Of a stretch of DNA of 45,515 bases, positions 7,425-16,789 are shown in pieces. Each line of letters begins with the position of its first letter. Positions within the stretch are counted from its first letter, which is position 1. The DNA comes from a virus: the IMG/VR virus record IMGVR_UViG_3300045988_006734; one strand, given 5' to 3'. The position numbers and the translations under genes were made by a program. The notes below the pieces were generated by a model. The model did no database searches, was not told the origin of the DNA, and worked only from the letters and a program-made list of their open reading frames with translations.

Positions 7425-8812
7425 AAGTAACCGTCTCAAACACACTGGCAGTCGAAAACCCTACCGCAGAAGTAATGATGTGGTGCAAGAAGAATCTCAC
7501 GATTGCGAACCCGGAATATGCCAAGAAAGCTCGTATGAATTTTTGGCTCGGTGACACCCCGGCGAAGCTCAGTCTGTACGAGCAAGATGGGGACACGCTG
7601 ATTCTTCCGTTTGGTACGCTCCGCACACTGCCGGACTGTATCACCAACGAAGCATACTTTGTCAGCTCGTTTGCTGACGCTGTGGACGTGTTTTACGGTG
7701 AGGGCGATATTCCGCTCTATGACTACCAAAAAACCGCTGTGGAAGCCGTGTGCAAGGCACAGTACGGTATTCTGCAAAGCCCAGCCGGAAGCGGTAAAAC
7801 GCAGATGGGTATTGCACTGGTGAAGAAATACGGCAAACGTGCATTATGGCTTACGCACACTCTCGACCTTCTCCGACAGAGTAAAGCTCGTGCAGAAATG
7901 TACATGGACGCAAAGCTCATGGGGACGATTACCGAGGGTAAGGTCAATATCGGCAAGGGTATCACCTTCGCCACGATTCAGACCATGTGCAAGCTCGACC
8001 TGTCCCGGTACAAGGATTTTTGGGACGTGATTATCGTGGACGAATGTCACAGATGTTCCGGCACTCCTACTGCTATGACGCAGTTCTACAAGGTGCTGAA
8101 CAGCTTGGCGGCACGTCACAAAATCGGTCTCTCCGCAACGGTACACAGGTCAGATGGAATGATCGAAGCTACCTACGCTCTCCTCGGTCATGTGGTTTAC
8201 ACAGTACCCGATGAAGCTGTCGGAGACAAGATCATGAAGGTAGGTATTCTCCCGGTTGGAACTGGTGTAGAGATTGACCGAAAGTGTCTCAACACGGACG
8301 GTACTCTCAATTATGCCAAGCTCATTACCTACCTCACAGAAAACCTCTACCGGGAGGAAGTCATTGTCAACACCATAAAGCTCAACGAGGGTAAGAGCTG
8401 TCTGATTCTCTCCGACAGGCTCGGTCACTTGGAACACCTTATGAACTGGCTACCAGCTCACATGAGGAAGGACGCTGTGATGGTAAGCGGCAAAATGACT
8501 ACCAAAAAAGGCAAGGCAGAACGAGAACAGGCTATCGAGGATATGCGAACCGGGAAGAAAAAGTACCTGTTTGCGACCTACGCACTGGCAAAGGAAGGTC
8601 TCGATATTCCATGCTTGGAGCGTTTGTTCCTCACGACCCCTCAGAAGGATTACGCAGTGGTGACGCAGAGTATCGGCAGAATCGCTCGTGTCTGCGAGGG
8701 TAAGGCAGAACCTATCGCTTATGACTTCGTAGACAATATCGCCTATCTCGTGAAGTCCTACAAGAAACGCTGTACGACCTATCGCAAGAACGGTTGTTAC
8801 TTCGTGGAATAG
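7421..8812 (+). CDS. Superfamily-2 DEAD/DEAH-box DNA helicase
   Basis: YDYQKTAV, Walker A SPAGSGKT, Walker B IIVDECH, SATVHR; ATGA overlap with the previous stop. Confidence 0.85.
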   Translation: MKVTVSNTLAVENPTAEVMMWCKKNLTIANPEYAKKARMNFWLGDTPAKLSLYEQDGDTLILPFGTLRTLPDCITNEAYFVSSFADAVDVFYGEGDIPLYDYQKTAVEAVCKAQYGILQSPAGSGKTQMGIALVKKYGKRALWLTHTLDLLRQSKARAEMYMDAKLMGTITEGKVNIGKGITFATIQTMCKLDLSRYKDFWDVIIVDECHRCSGTPTAMTQFYKVLNSLAARHKIGLSATVHRSDGMIEATYALLGHVVYTVPDEAVGDKIMKVGILPVGTGVEIDRKCLNTDGTLNYAKLITYLTENLYREEVIVNTIKLNEGKSCLILSDRLGHLEHLMNWLPAHMRKDAVMVSGKMTTKKGKAEREQAIEDMRTGKKKYLFATYALAKEGLDIPCLERLFLTTPQKDYAVVTQSIGRIARVCEGKAEPIAYDFVDNIAYLVKSYKKRCTTYRKNGCYFVE

Positions 8813-8823
8813 GAGGTGGCGAA

Positions 8824-9675
8824 ATGCGATTGATTGTTTATGACTGCGAGGTGTTCTGCGAAGACTGGCTTGTGATCTTCAAGGACATTGAGACAGGTCA
8901 GTACACAGTTATTCACAACGACACCGAAGAAATGAAGCAGTGTATCTCTGAGGACTGTATTTATGTAGGTTTCAACTCGAAGCACTACGACCAGTTCATT
9001 ATCAAGGCGATATGCTGTGGGTTCACACCACAGGAAGTGAAACAGGTCAATGACTTCATTATTGGCGGCGGTCAAGGTTGGGAGTGTCCTATGCTCCGAG
9101 ATCAATACTTCCGTTTCAACAATGTAGACATTAAAGACGATATGCAGATGGGCTTGTCCCTCAAGGCAATCGAAGGGCATTTGGGTATGTCCGTAGAGGA
9201 AACCTCCGTATCGTTCGACATTGACCGTCCTCTAACTGAGGAAGAACTGAAAGAAACGGTGTTCTACTGTAAACACGATGTTGACACCACGGAAAAGCTC
9301 GTGGAGCTTCGCCGGGATTATCTGAAATCCAAAATCAACATCGGTAGGCTCGCCGGAATTGATGAAGTCAAGGCAATGGGTATGACGAATGCCAAGCTGA
9401 CTGCGGCTCTGCTTCAAGGCTCTAAGAAACCGCACGATGATGAACGGCAGTACCAGTACCCTCCGAACCTCAAGCGAGAACTGATTCCGCCGGAAGTGTT
9501 CGAGTTCTTTGACCGAATGAAAGACCCGGAACTGAGCGATAAGGAGATATTCTCCTCCAAAATCGAGATCAAGATTGGTGACTGCCCGGTGACAATCGGT
9601 TACGGCGGCATTCACGGTGCTATCCCGAACTACTTGTGGAAGGAGGGTGACTCATGCGAAAGCGAAAACGAATAA
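8824..9675 (+). CDS. Family-B DNA polymerase, N-terminal 3'-5' exonuclease part (separate ORF)
   Basis: Exo I YDCEVF, Exo II NSKHYDQF, Exo III YCKHDVD; ends 22 nt inside the next ORF. Confidence 0.8.
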   Translation: MRLIVYDCEVFCEDWLVIFKDIETGQYTVIHNDTEEMKQCISEDCIYVGFNSKHYDQFIIKAICCGFTPQEVKQVNDFIIGGGQGWECPMLRDQYFRFNNVDIKDDMQMGLSLKAIEGHLGMSVEETSVSFDIDRPLTEEELKETVFYCKHDVDTTEKLVELRRDYLKSKINIGRLAGIDEVKAMGMTNAKLTAALLQGSKKPHDDERQYQYPPNLKRELIPPEVFEFFDRMKDPELSDKEIFSSKIEIKIGDCPVTIGYGGIHGAIPNYLWKEGDSCESENE

Positions 9676-11351
9676 TCCGAAACTTTGACGTAGCGAGTTA
9701 CTATCCTCACCTCATGACGATTTGTGGGTACACCTCTCGAAACATTCCGTCCCCGGAGGTCTTTGAAAACGTACTCGAACAGCGTATGAAAGCCAAAGCC
9801 GCCGGAGACAAGGCTACAGCAAATGCACTCAAGCTCGTTGTGAACACGACCTACGGCGCAATGCTGAACCAGTACAACGACCTCTTTGACCCTCTGATGG
9901 GACGTTCCGTGTGTATCACAGGTCAGCTTTTCCTCTTGGAAATGGCTCAGAACCTTTATCAGAACGTGGAGGATTTGGTAATCGTCCAGCTCAACACCGA
10001 TGGTGTCATGATCGAGTTCTACGAAGACCAGTACGAGGAAGTGCTGGCAATCGTGAACGAGTGGCAGTCCCGAACAGGCTTTGAGCTTGAGGAAGACTCC
10101 GTTGCTCTGATCGCACAGAAAGACGTGAACAACTACGTTGAGGTTCAGCCGAATGGTTCTGTAAAGACCAAAGGCGGTTACTTGGTTCGTGGTATCGCCC
10201 CGGCTGGTGCATTCAACGTGAACAACAATGCTTGCATTGTAGCAACCGCCCTCAAGGAGTATTTCGTCAACGGAACTCCTGTGGAGGAAACCATAAATGG
10301 GTGTAACGATATTTTCCAGTTTCAGATCATTGCGAAAGCTGGTGCGAAGTATCGTGAAGCCTATCACCTTGTCGATGGTGAGCAAGTCCCGGTACAGAAG
10401 GTAAACCGTGTCTATGCCACAAAGGACGAGCGTTACGGAAAGCTGTTCAAGGTCAAGGCGGAGAATGACGCTACTGCCAAGATCGAAATGCTCCCGGAAC
10501 ACTGCATTATCGACAACGATAACCAACTCAGCATTGACGATGTAGATAAGACCTTCTACATCGAAATGGCAAAGAAACGAATCAATGATTTTTTGGGTAT
10601 CAAGCCCGAAAAGAAACCAAGAGGAGGACGAAAAAAGATGGCTACTACAGCTAAAGAAACCAAAACCGCAAACCTCAACGTATATCAGAAGTTGCTCGCC
10701 GCAAGAGCGAAGTTCCTTGAGTCTGATGTACAGAAGACAGGTAAGAATATGCACCTGTCATTCAAATACTTCGAGTTGGACGATATTGTTCCTACTGCAA
10801 CTCGCATTTTCAGTGAGGTCGGTCTGATTCCCATTGTGAACTTCACTTCCGATGTGGCTACCATGACCGTTGTCAACACTGATAACCCCGAAGAAGTCAT
10901 TCCTTTTGTAGCTCCGTTCAATCAGATCGCTCCTATCGTGAGCAATGCTGGTAAACAGGCTACCAACGAAATGCAAGCCCTCGGTTCTTCCATCACATAT
11001 ATGCGCCGTTACCTGTACATGATCGCACTGGATATTTGCGAGAGTGACAGCTTTGACGCAAATGTCGGAAAGCCTGTGACTGCTCCTCAGTCCGCTCCTA
11101 CTCCTCCGGCTACTCCCGAACAGAGACAGGAAGTGAAACAGGAGTTGACTGCTCCCGAAGATAACGCAACCGCTTTGCAGATCAAGGGTCTGAAAAACGT
11201 GTTGAAGAAGCTCAAGGACGCTGACCCTTCTAAGGAAGAAATGATCGCTCAGATTGCGGTTCAGACACAGGGCTTTACCGTTATCAGCAAGTCCGACTGT
11301 GAGACTCTTATCACTCGTATCACCGCTATGCTGGAAGGAGGAAATGAGTAA
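9654..11351 (+). CDS. Family-B DNA polymerase catalytic part, fused in frame to an ERF-family single-strand annealing protein (internal SD + ATG at 10638)
   Basis: Pol motifs A DVASYYP, B KLVVNTTYGA, C NTDGVM. ERF-like KNMHLSFKYFELDDI ... GSSITYMRRYLY in the C-terminal 237 aa. No stop codon separates the two parts. Confidence 0.75.
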   Translation: MRKRKRIIRNFDVASYYPHLMTICGYTSRNIPSPEVFENVLEQRMKAKAAGDKATANALKLVVNTTYGAMLNQYNDLFDPLMGRSVCITGQLFLLEMAQNLYQNVEDLVIVQLNTDGVMIEFYEDQYEEVLAIVNEWQSRTGFELEEDSVALIAQKDVNNYVEVQPNGSVKTKGGYLVRGIAPAGAFNVNNNACIVATALKEYFVNGTPVEETINGCNDIFQFQIIAKAGAKYREAYHLVDGEQVPVQKVNRVYATKDERYGKLFKVKAENDATAKIEMLPEHCIIDNDNQLSIDDVDKTFYIEMAKKRINDFLGIKPEKKPRGGRKKMATTAKETKTANLNVYQKLLAARAKFLESDVQKTGKNMHLSFKYFELDDIVPTATRIFSEVGLIPIVNFTSDVATMTVVNTDNPEEVIPFVAPFNQIAPIVSNAGKQATNEMQALGSSITYMRRYLYMIALDICESDSFDANVGKPVTAPQSAPTPPATPEQRQEVKQELTAPEDNATALQIKGLKNVLKKLKDADPSKEEMIAQIAVQTQGFTVISKSDCETLITRITAMLEGGNE

Positions 11352-12382
11352 TGGCTGACATTAAATGGCTTGAGGGTAATCGCTTGCAGATTGACCCTCC
11401 CAAGCGTACCAAGAAAATCACTGGTACTCGCTTTGCTACTATCCTCGGTCTGAATCCGTGGTCTACCGCATTTGAAATGTGGTGTGCAATCACAAAGACC
11501 TTCGAGCTTCCCTTCGAGGACACGATCTACACGGTTGCTGGTAAGACCATCGAACCTAAACAGGCAGAGTACATGAAGAAGTCCTACGGCATGGACTTGA
11601 TTACTCCTACTGACCGCTACGGAGCTGACTACTTCAACAAGACGTGGGGTGACTTCTTCCCCGATAGTAAGCACCTCGGCGGTATGTGGGACTTCCTCGG
11701 TGTGGACGAGAACGGTGTCGTTGACACGGTGCTTGAAATGAAGACCACCAAGCGTATCGAGGATTGGCAGAATGACGCTCCCGAATACTACGCTCTACAG
11801 GCGGCTCTCTACGCTTATCTGCTCGGTGTGGATAACGTAGTCATGGTAGCTTCCTTCCTTGAGGAGAAAGACTACGCTGACCCTTCCAAGTATGTGCCTA
11901 ACGTCAAGAACACTATCACGGTGGAGTTCAAGGTATCTGAGCGTTACCCCGACTTCGCTGAGAAGGTGGCACAGGTCGAACAGTGGTGGGCAGATTACGT
12001 TGACACTGGTATCTCTCCTGTGTTTGACGAGAAGAAGGACGCTGAGATTTTGAAAGCTCTCCGCACTCACAATCTCGCCCCGGACACCGACATTGACGCT
12101 CTGATCGCAGAAGCCGAAGGTCTCAAGACCGAAGTCGATAAGGCTACTGCCGCAATCGCTGATAAGGAAAAGCGTCTCAAGGAGATCAACGACATTATCA
12201 AGGAACACGCTATGAAGCAGTTCCGTCCCGGCGATAAGAAGGTTGAGGTCAAGGGTGCTACCTACACATGGGCTATCTCTCGTTCCGAAACCACTACCAT
12301 CGACAAGAAAGCACTGGAAGCTGACGGTCTGCTCGACAAGTATCAGAAGAAGACTGAACAGTTCCGTATGACTGTGAAATAA
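11351..12382 (+). CDS. YqaJ-like viral recombinase exonuclease
   Basis: ITGTRFATILGLNPWSTAFEMW and LEMKTT..YYALQAALYAYLLG motifs; directly downstream of ERF. Confidence 0.8.
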   Translation: MADIKWLEGNRLQIDPPKRTKKITGTRFATILGLNPWSTAFEMWCAITKTFELPFEDTIYTVAGKTIEPKQAEYMKKSYGMDLITPTDRYGADYFNKTWGDFFPDSKHLGGMWDFLGVDENGVVDTVLEMKTTKRIEDWQNDAPEYYALQAALYAYLLGVDNVVMVASFLEEKDYADPSKYVPNVKNTITVEFKVSERYPDFAEKVAQVEQWWADYVDTGISPVFDEKKDAEILKALRTHNLAPDTDIDALIAEAEGLKTEVDKATAAIADKEKRLKEINDIIKEHAMKQFRPGDKKVEVKGATYTWAISRSETTTIDKKALEADGLLDKYQKKTEQFRMTVK

Positions 12383-12396
12383 GGGGGAAAATCACA

Positions 12397-12498
12397 ATGT
12401 ATGTAAACCCTTTTGTAGCCGGAGTTATCGCTACCATTATGGTAGAGCTGGTAATCGTAATCGGTATTGCCCTGTACATGGGTAATAAGAAGAATTAA
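12397..12498 (+). CDS. 33-aa hydrophobic mini-protein
   Basis: MYVNPFVAGVIATIMVELVIVIGIALYMGNKKN; SD AAGGGGGA 8 nt upstream; below the ORF-track cutoff. Confidence 0.35.
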   Translation: MYVNPFVAGVIATIMVELVIVIGIALYMGNKKN

Positions 12499-12512
12499 GG
12501 AGGATTTCAGAT

Positions 12513-12746
12513 ATGGCAAAGACAAAAGCAGAGCTGGAACAGGAAATCCAGTGTAAGAACGAAGAAATCAAGGCTCTCAAGTGTGAGGTCGAAAAAGCGA
12601 ACCGTGTTGAGAGTAAGAACGAGTCTGCCGCCGAACTGTACGAAATGTACCAGTCCTATGTAACCGCTGGTTTCACTGAGGAACAGGCTTGGGAGCTGAC
12701 AAAGATTCTCATTAACAATGCTACCACCAAACGTGGTCTTTTCTAA
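12513..12746 (+). CDS. Hypothetical coiled-coil protein
   Basis: SD AAGGAGG; fits the intergenic gap. Confidence 0.6.
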   Translation: MAKTKAELEQEIQCKNEEIKALKCEVEKANRVESKNESAAELYEMYQSYVTAGFTEEQAWELTKILINNATTKRGLF

Positions 12747-12760
12747 GGAGGGTATGAAAA

Positions 12761-13201
12761 ATGAAGTTCAAGAAATTTGTAAAATCTCTCGGCGCAGACG
12801 GTGTTCTGTATGTCCGCAACAACGGTGATCGCTGGTTGTCTTCCGGCTCTATCTTCATGAAAGTACCCGAAGACATTCGTACTGTCACTGCCTGTGACAG
12901 CGCAGATATGCCCTCTATGATTGAGGACATTATCAATTATGACACCTTCTCTCAGCCTTGTGAGCTGGTCGAAGCAATCATGCCTGTGGCTGACGGTGTT
13001 ATCAAAGACTGTGTGCGTATCTTCGCCACTGAGAACGGCATTGACAAGACTGCCATTGCCAACGATGGCTATATCCTTATCGAGCGTGGTGACATGGTGG
13101 AAATGTACGTCACCGACAAGATTTCCGCACTGGTTATCAAGAGACCTGTTGATCTTGTAGACGAAGAAGTAGTCGGAGTAATTCTCCGTACTGAATATTA
13201 A
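12761..13201 (+). CDS. Hypothetical protein
   Basis: SD AAGGAGGG upstream; tight spacing with neighbouring genes. Confidence 0.6.
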   Translation: MKFKKFVKSLGADGVLYVRNNGDRWLSSGSIFMKVPEDIRTVTACDSADMPSMIEDIINYDTFSQPCELVEAIMPVADGVIKDCVRIFATENGIDKTAIANDGYILIERGDMVEMYVTDKISALVIKRPVDLVDEEVVGVILRTEY

Positions 13202-13215
13202 GGAGGAAAACGACA

Positions 13216-13749
13216 ATGGCAAGAATCCCTATGACGAGCGGTTTCGCTCTTATTCCCGAAGGAACTTATGTGTTCCGTATCTATGACGCAAAGTATGACG
13301 AGGAGTTCGGTAAGATCGAGGTCAAGCTGGTGAATGCCGCTGGTATGACCCACACTGAACGCTTCTCCATCAAGGACAAGAACGATGAAATGAACGAGAA
13401 AGCTCTGAATGCGTTCTCCTACTTTGCGAAGACCGCAATGGGCGATTTCTCCCTTGAGGACATTGACCCCGAAGAACTGATCGACCACTTCATTTGTGCA
13501 GAGGTCGTTCATACCAAGCTCCCTTCCAACAAAGACCCTAACAAGATGGTTACTTTCGCCAACCTCGGTGACAAGTCTCCGGCTGAGTATTTCGATACTG
13601 AACCTGTTGCTCGTGCGTTGAGTCTCAGCAGAGAAAACGGCGGTGCTAAGAACACTGCCGCCGCTCCTAAGACTGCCGCCCCTGTTCAGCAGACCGCTCC
13701 GGCGGCACAGCCTAAGAAGGGGCTCGACCTTGACGCACTGTTGGGATAA
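13216..13749 (+). CDS. DUF669-like putative ssDNA-binding protein
   Basis: ALIPEGTYVFRI N-terminus, low-complexity A/P/Q linker and acidic tail GLDLDALLG; lies in the recombination module. Confidence 0.4.
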   Translation: MARIPMTSGFALIPEGTYVFRIYDAKYDEEFGKIEVKLVNAAGMTHTERFSIKDKNDEMNEKALNAFSYFAKTAMGDFSLEDIDPEELIDHFICAEVVHTKLPSNKDPNKMVTFANLGDKSPAEYFDTEPVARALSLSRENGGAKNTAAAPKTAAPVQQTAPAAQPKKGLDLDALLG

Positions 13750-13794
13750 AGGTGTGGGGAGCATAGCTCCCCCTCCTCTAAGGAGGGAACGATT

Positions 13795-14277
13795 ATGGAA
13801 ATCAAAGACAGCGGAAACCGCAGAGAGTTTTCCTCCGGGGCAGTCAGAGACATAAACGAAGGTAAAGGTCGATGTGACCTCCTTCCTCTTGGTGTGATCG
13901 GAGAAATCTGTGACAACACAGTTTTCTCCAACATCAATGAGTATATCCGAACTGGCGATAAAATGCTCCTCGTGGAAGCAATCAAGGAGTTTTCCAATAT
14001 CCGTTACGGAGACTTGAACACCGCAATGCTCGAAGTCTCCAAACATTATGAGGACGGTTGCAATAAGTACGGCGAACGTAATTGGGAGAAGGGTATTCCT
14101 CTCCACTGCTACATCGACAGCGGTGTGCGCCACTATTTCAAATGGCTCAGAGGTGATACCGATGAACCCCACGATAGAGCGTTCCTGTGGAATTTGCTCG
14201 GCGCACTGTGGACGCACAATTACAAGCCGGAGTTCTGCGACCTTCCGTTTAAGAAGGAGGACACGCACAATGACTGA
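13795..14277 (+). CDS. DUF5664-type dATP/dGTP pyrophosphohydrolase-like protein
   Basis: DSGNRREFSSGAVRDINEGKGRCDLLP ... KYGERNWEKGIP ... SGVRHYFKW ... EPHDRAFLWNL pattern. Confidence 0.6.
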   Translation: MEIKDSGNRREFSSGAVRDINEGKGRCDLLPLGVIGEICDNTVFSNINEYIRTGDKMLLVEAIKEFSNIRYGDLNTAMLEVSKHYEDGCNKYGERNWEKGIPLHCYIDSGVRHYFKWLRGDTDEPHDRAFLWNLLGALWTHNYKPEFCDLPFKKEDTHND

Positions 14278-14833
14278 GAAAGACAGACTCGACCTGTTCA
14301 TGAAGACACCACTCGCAGACTTCATTTCCGAGGACTTCAAGACCTATCTGCTCGCAGAAGGATTCTTCCGCTCCCCGGCAAGCACCAAGTATCACGGAGC
14401 TTATGAAGGTGGTCTGTTCGACCATTCCTTTGCAGTGATGAATTTCCTCGTGGAGTTGTCCGCAAAGAACGGTCTGCGCTGGAAACGTGCTGAGAGTCCC
14501 TTCATCGTAGGTATGTTCCATGACCTCTGCAAGATCGACAACTACCGTCACCCGGTAGCGGCGGAAACGCTGGACGGTCAGAAGGTCTATGATGAATCCA
14601 AGTGGGAGTACAACCCCGACACCACCTTCAAAGGTCATGGCGATAAGTCTATTATCCTTCTCTCTCAGTTCATGACTCTGACTGAGGAAGAAATCATGTG
14701 CATTCGCTACCACATGGGTGCTTTCGTTGAGAAGGAAGAATGGAGAGATTACACAGGTGCGGTACATAGATACGCAAATGTCCTGTGGACGCACCAAGCA
14801 GATATGCTCGCTTCTCATGTCGTAGGTATCTGA
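14270..14833 (+). CDS. HD-domain phosphohydrolase
   Basis: KYHGAYEGGLFDHS, GMFHDLCK, KGHGDKS, IRYHMG motifs; SD AAGGAGG 9 nt upstream of ATG 14270. Confidence 0.7.
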   Translation: MTEKDRLDLFMKTPLADFISEDFKTYLLAEGFFRSPASTKYHGAYEGGLFDHSFAVMNFLVELSAKNGLRWKRAESPFIVGMFHDLCKIDNYRHPVAAETLDGQKVYDESKWEYNPDTTFKGHGDKSIILLSQFMTLTEEEIMCIRYHMGAFVEKEEWRDYTGAVHRYANVLWTHQADMLASHVVGI

Positions 14834-14834
14834 C

Positions 14835-15176
14835 ATGAACAGAGCTGAAAGACGGAGAAGACAGAAACAGGGACTTCCCATTGTCAAAGAACCTGTGCTG
14901 AATATCAAGGCGAGCGATATTCAGCAGATCAAAAAGGACGCTACCCACACTGCCGCCGACACAGCTTTTTTCCTCATGCTGGCTATCCCGGTCATGGTGA
15001 TTCATGACAAATATCCGCAGATCATGAGGAGAGTCGTGGACGGTAAATCGAGGGAGGAACGCTTCGCTGACCTCTGTCTCGACCTGTACGACAGTTTCAA
15101 CAAAGGGTATGTGACCCTTGATGATTTGGCTCAGTGTCTTTGGGAAGAAGCTGGTATCAAACTCGAAAAGAAATAA
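14835..15176 (+). CDS. Hypothetical protein
   Basis: ORF starts 2 nt after the previous stop. Confidence 0.55.
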   Translation: MNRAERRRRQKQGLPIVKEPVLNIKASDIQQIKKDATHTAADTAFFLMLAIPVMVIHDKYPQIMRRVVDGKSREERFADLCLDLYDSFNKGYVTLDDLAQCLWEEAGIKLEKK

Positions 15177-15189
15177 GGAGGTACAATCC

Positions 15190-15420
15190 ATGAACTATAA
15201 GCTCAAGAACGTGAACGGTAAGGTCACTTTTCTGCTCCGCACTGGCAAGGATTTGGTGAAAAATCAGATGGCTATTGCTTCGGCACAGCACATTATCGAC
15301 CACGGCAAGATCAAGAAGTCCGATGTGAAGGGCTACCCTATCAACGTGGACGATAAGTGGTATTTCGAGGGTGAGGTCTATAAGAAGACCACTCCTCAGA
15401 AGACGGAGGTAGAAGCCTAA
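15190..15420 (+). CDS. Hypothetical protein
   Basis: SD AAGGAGG upstream of ATG 15190. Confidence 0.55.
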   Translation: MNYKLKNVNGKVTFLLRTGKDLVKNQMAIASAQHIIDHGKIKKSDVKGYPINVDDKWYFEGEVYKKTTPQKTEVEA

Positions 15421-15713
15421 TGAGAACTTTCTATTCCGAATATGTACAGCACTGCATGAGATTTTATGCGAGACACCCTCGCCCTAAGTTCCGCAGTGAC
15501 GCAGACAAGCAGAACTGGAACGCTTGTGACAGTGCTATGAAGGGTTTCACCGATAAGGAACAGGACATTCTCATGACTGTCTACCGTGAAGGTGACACCA
15601 TTCCCGACAACGTGTATAAGGTGTCTGTTGATCGCAACATCAAACAGGACACCATTTGGAAGCTCATTAACGAGCTGGAACGCAAGGTTGCAAAGAGGAG
15701 GAACTTGATTTGA
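15420..15713 (+). CDS. Putative sigma-70 region-4-like / late transcription regulator
   Basis: 97 aa; LTDKEQDILMTVY-type segment and a basic C-terminal helix. Assignment is weak. Confidence 0.3.
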   Translation: MRTFYSEYVQHCMRFYARHPRPKFRSDADKQNWNACDSAMKGFTDKEQDILMTVYREGDTIPDNVYKVSVDRNIKQDTIWKLINELERKVAKRRNLI

Positions 15714-16498
15714 CACACTACGAGAACATACCCGGCGAGCTGAAAGAACTGAATCAATGGGTCTGTACTCGTAGTGACAGTAAAGTTCCGATGAAAGCAT
15801 TCGAGAATGAAGCCGCTTCCTCCACCAACCCTCAGACATGGGCTACCTTCGACATGGCGAATGACGCTGTGTCGAAGGGGTTCTATGACTACTGCGGCTT
15901 TGTCTTTGCTGACAACGGTTTTGTCGGCATTGACATTGACACCGGGTATGACGAGGAAGGTTTCATGACACCGCTTGCCGCAGACATTATCGGCAAGTGT
16001 GCGAGCTACACGGAGAAATCCAAAAGCGGCAGAGGTTTTCACATTCTCCTCAGAGGTACGCTTCCCTTCAAGGGCAAGAACAACCTCGCCGGAGTTGAGA
16101 TATACAAGTCCGCCCGGTACTTCATCATGACAGGCGATACGCTCCTCTATCGTAATATCGAGGAGAACCAAGAAGCGATTGATTATGTGGTGGAAAAATA
16201 CTTCCCGGAGACACGGCAAGAGAAAGAGACCTCCGAGTACGGTGGTCGAATCTACTCCCCGATATGGGAACTGCCGGAGAACAATCGTATCAAGCTCCGC
16301 CCTGTCTACCCTCGAATCCCGGACGGAAGCCGTAATATCTGTCTGACCTCTCTCGCTGGTATGCTTCACAATCAAGGGTACAGCAAACAGCAGATATACG
16401 ATGAACTTATTTACTGTAACACGGTTGCCTGTGAACCTCCGCTCGACAGGAACGAGCTGAGAACGATCTGCAACAGTGTTACCCGGTACAAACGATGA
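15710..16498 (+). CDS. Bifunctional primase-polymerase (prim-pol) with PriCT-like C-terminus; TTG start
   Basis: GFVGIDIDTGYDEEG, KSGRGFHILL, YFIMTGD motifs; C-terminal PLDRNELRTICNSVTRY. Confidence 0.7.
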   Translation: MTHYENIPGELKELNQWVCTRSDSKVPMKAFENEAASSTNPQTWATFDMANDAVSKGFYDYCGFVFADNGFVGIDIDTGYDEEGFMTPLAADIIGKCASYTEKSKSGRGFHILLRGTLPFKGKNNLAGVEIYKSARYFIMTGDTLLYRNIEENQEAIDYVVEKYFPETRQEKETSEYGGRIYSPIWELPENNRIKLRPVYPRIPDGSRNICLTSLAGMLHNQGYSKQQIYDELIYCNTVACEPPLDRNELRTICNSVTRYKR

Positions 16499-16716
16499 TT
16501 GAACTCACACCACTACAGAATCTAAGCAATGCAATTATCTTGCAAGCGGTCAAGGACTACCGTACCGCTCTCGGTGGTAGCGGCATAGGCAAGAGACCGC
16601 CGGGAAGCGTCATTGTCGAGGTCGAGCGGTTCTTCCGCTCTGAGTGGTTCGACATACTGACAAATGTTGACGGTGAAGTTCTGATCGAGAAAATCCGCAA
16701 GGAATTTGCAAGATAA
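16495..16716 (+). CDS. Hypothetical protein
   Basis: ATGA overlap with the prim-pol stop. Confidence 0.55.
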   Translation: MIELTPLQNLSNAIILQAVKDYRTALGGSGIGKRPPGSVIVEVERFFRSEWFDILTNVDGEVLIEKIRKEFAR

Positions 16717-16755
16717 AAACTAACACAAAAAAGATAAAAAGTTGCAGAAAAAGTA

Positions 16756-16789
16756 TTGACAACTAATCCGATTTGTGTTATATTATAAT
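16756..16789 (+). promoter_or_regulatory. Strong promoter: TTGACA N17 TGtTATATT (extended -10) with an overlapping TATAAT
   Basis: TTGACA 16756-16761, TG 16776-16777, TATATT 16779-16784, TATAAT 16784-16789; 50 nt upstream of the VR2 target gene. Confidence 0.7.

Noticed and set aside
9630-10754. Long minus-strand ORFs opposite PolB (9630-10754), terL (27930-29138), portal (29451-30674), capsid (31629-32720), RtcB (21466-22512) and 13198-14340
   Set aside because: All lie antisense to + strand genes that carry clear catalytic or structural motifs and SD sequences. None shows a recognizable motif or start signal.
13755-13773. GGGGAGC ata GCTCCCC hairpin between 13216-13749 and 13795-14277, considered as a terminator
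   Set aside because: The stem is short, there is no T-run, and it lies within a tightly packed operon.
14048-14269. N-terminal extensions proposed by the ORF track (14048, 16775, 25806, 27528, 29352, 5782, 2115, 6942, 15118, 21014, 21270)
   Set aside because: In each case a downstream ATG or GTG with a strong AGGAGG-type SD exists. The extension overlaps the previous gene or a promoter or terminator and adds non-homologous residues.
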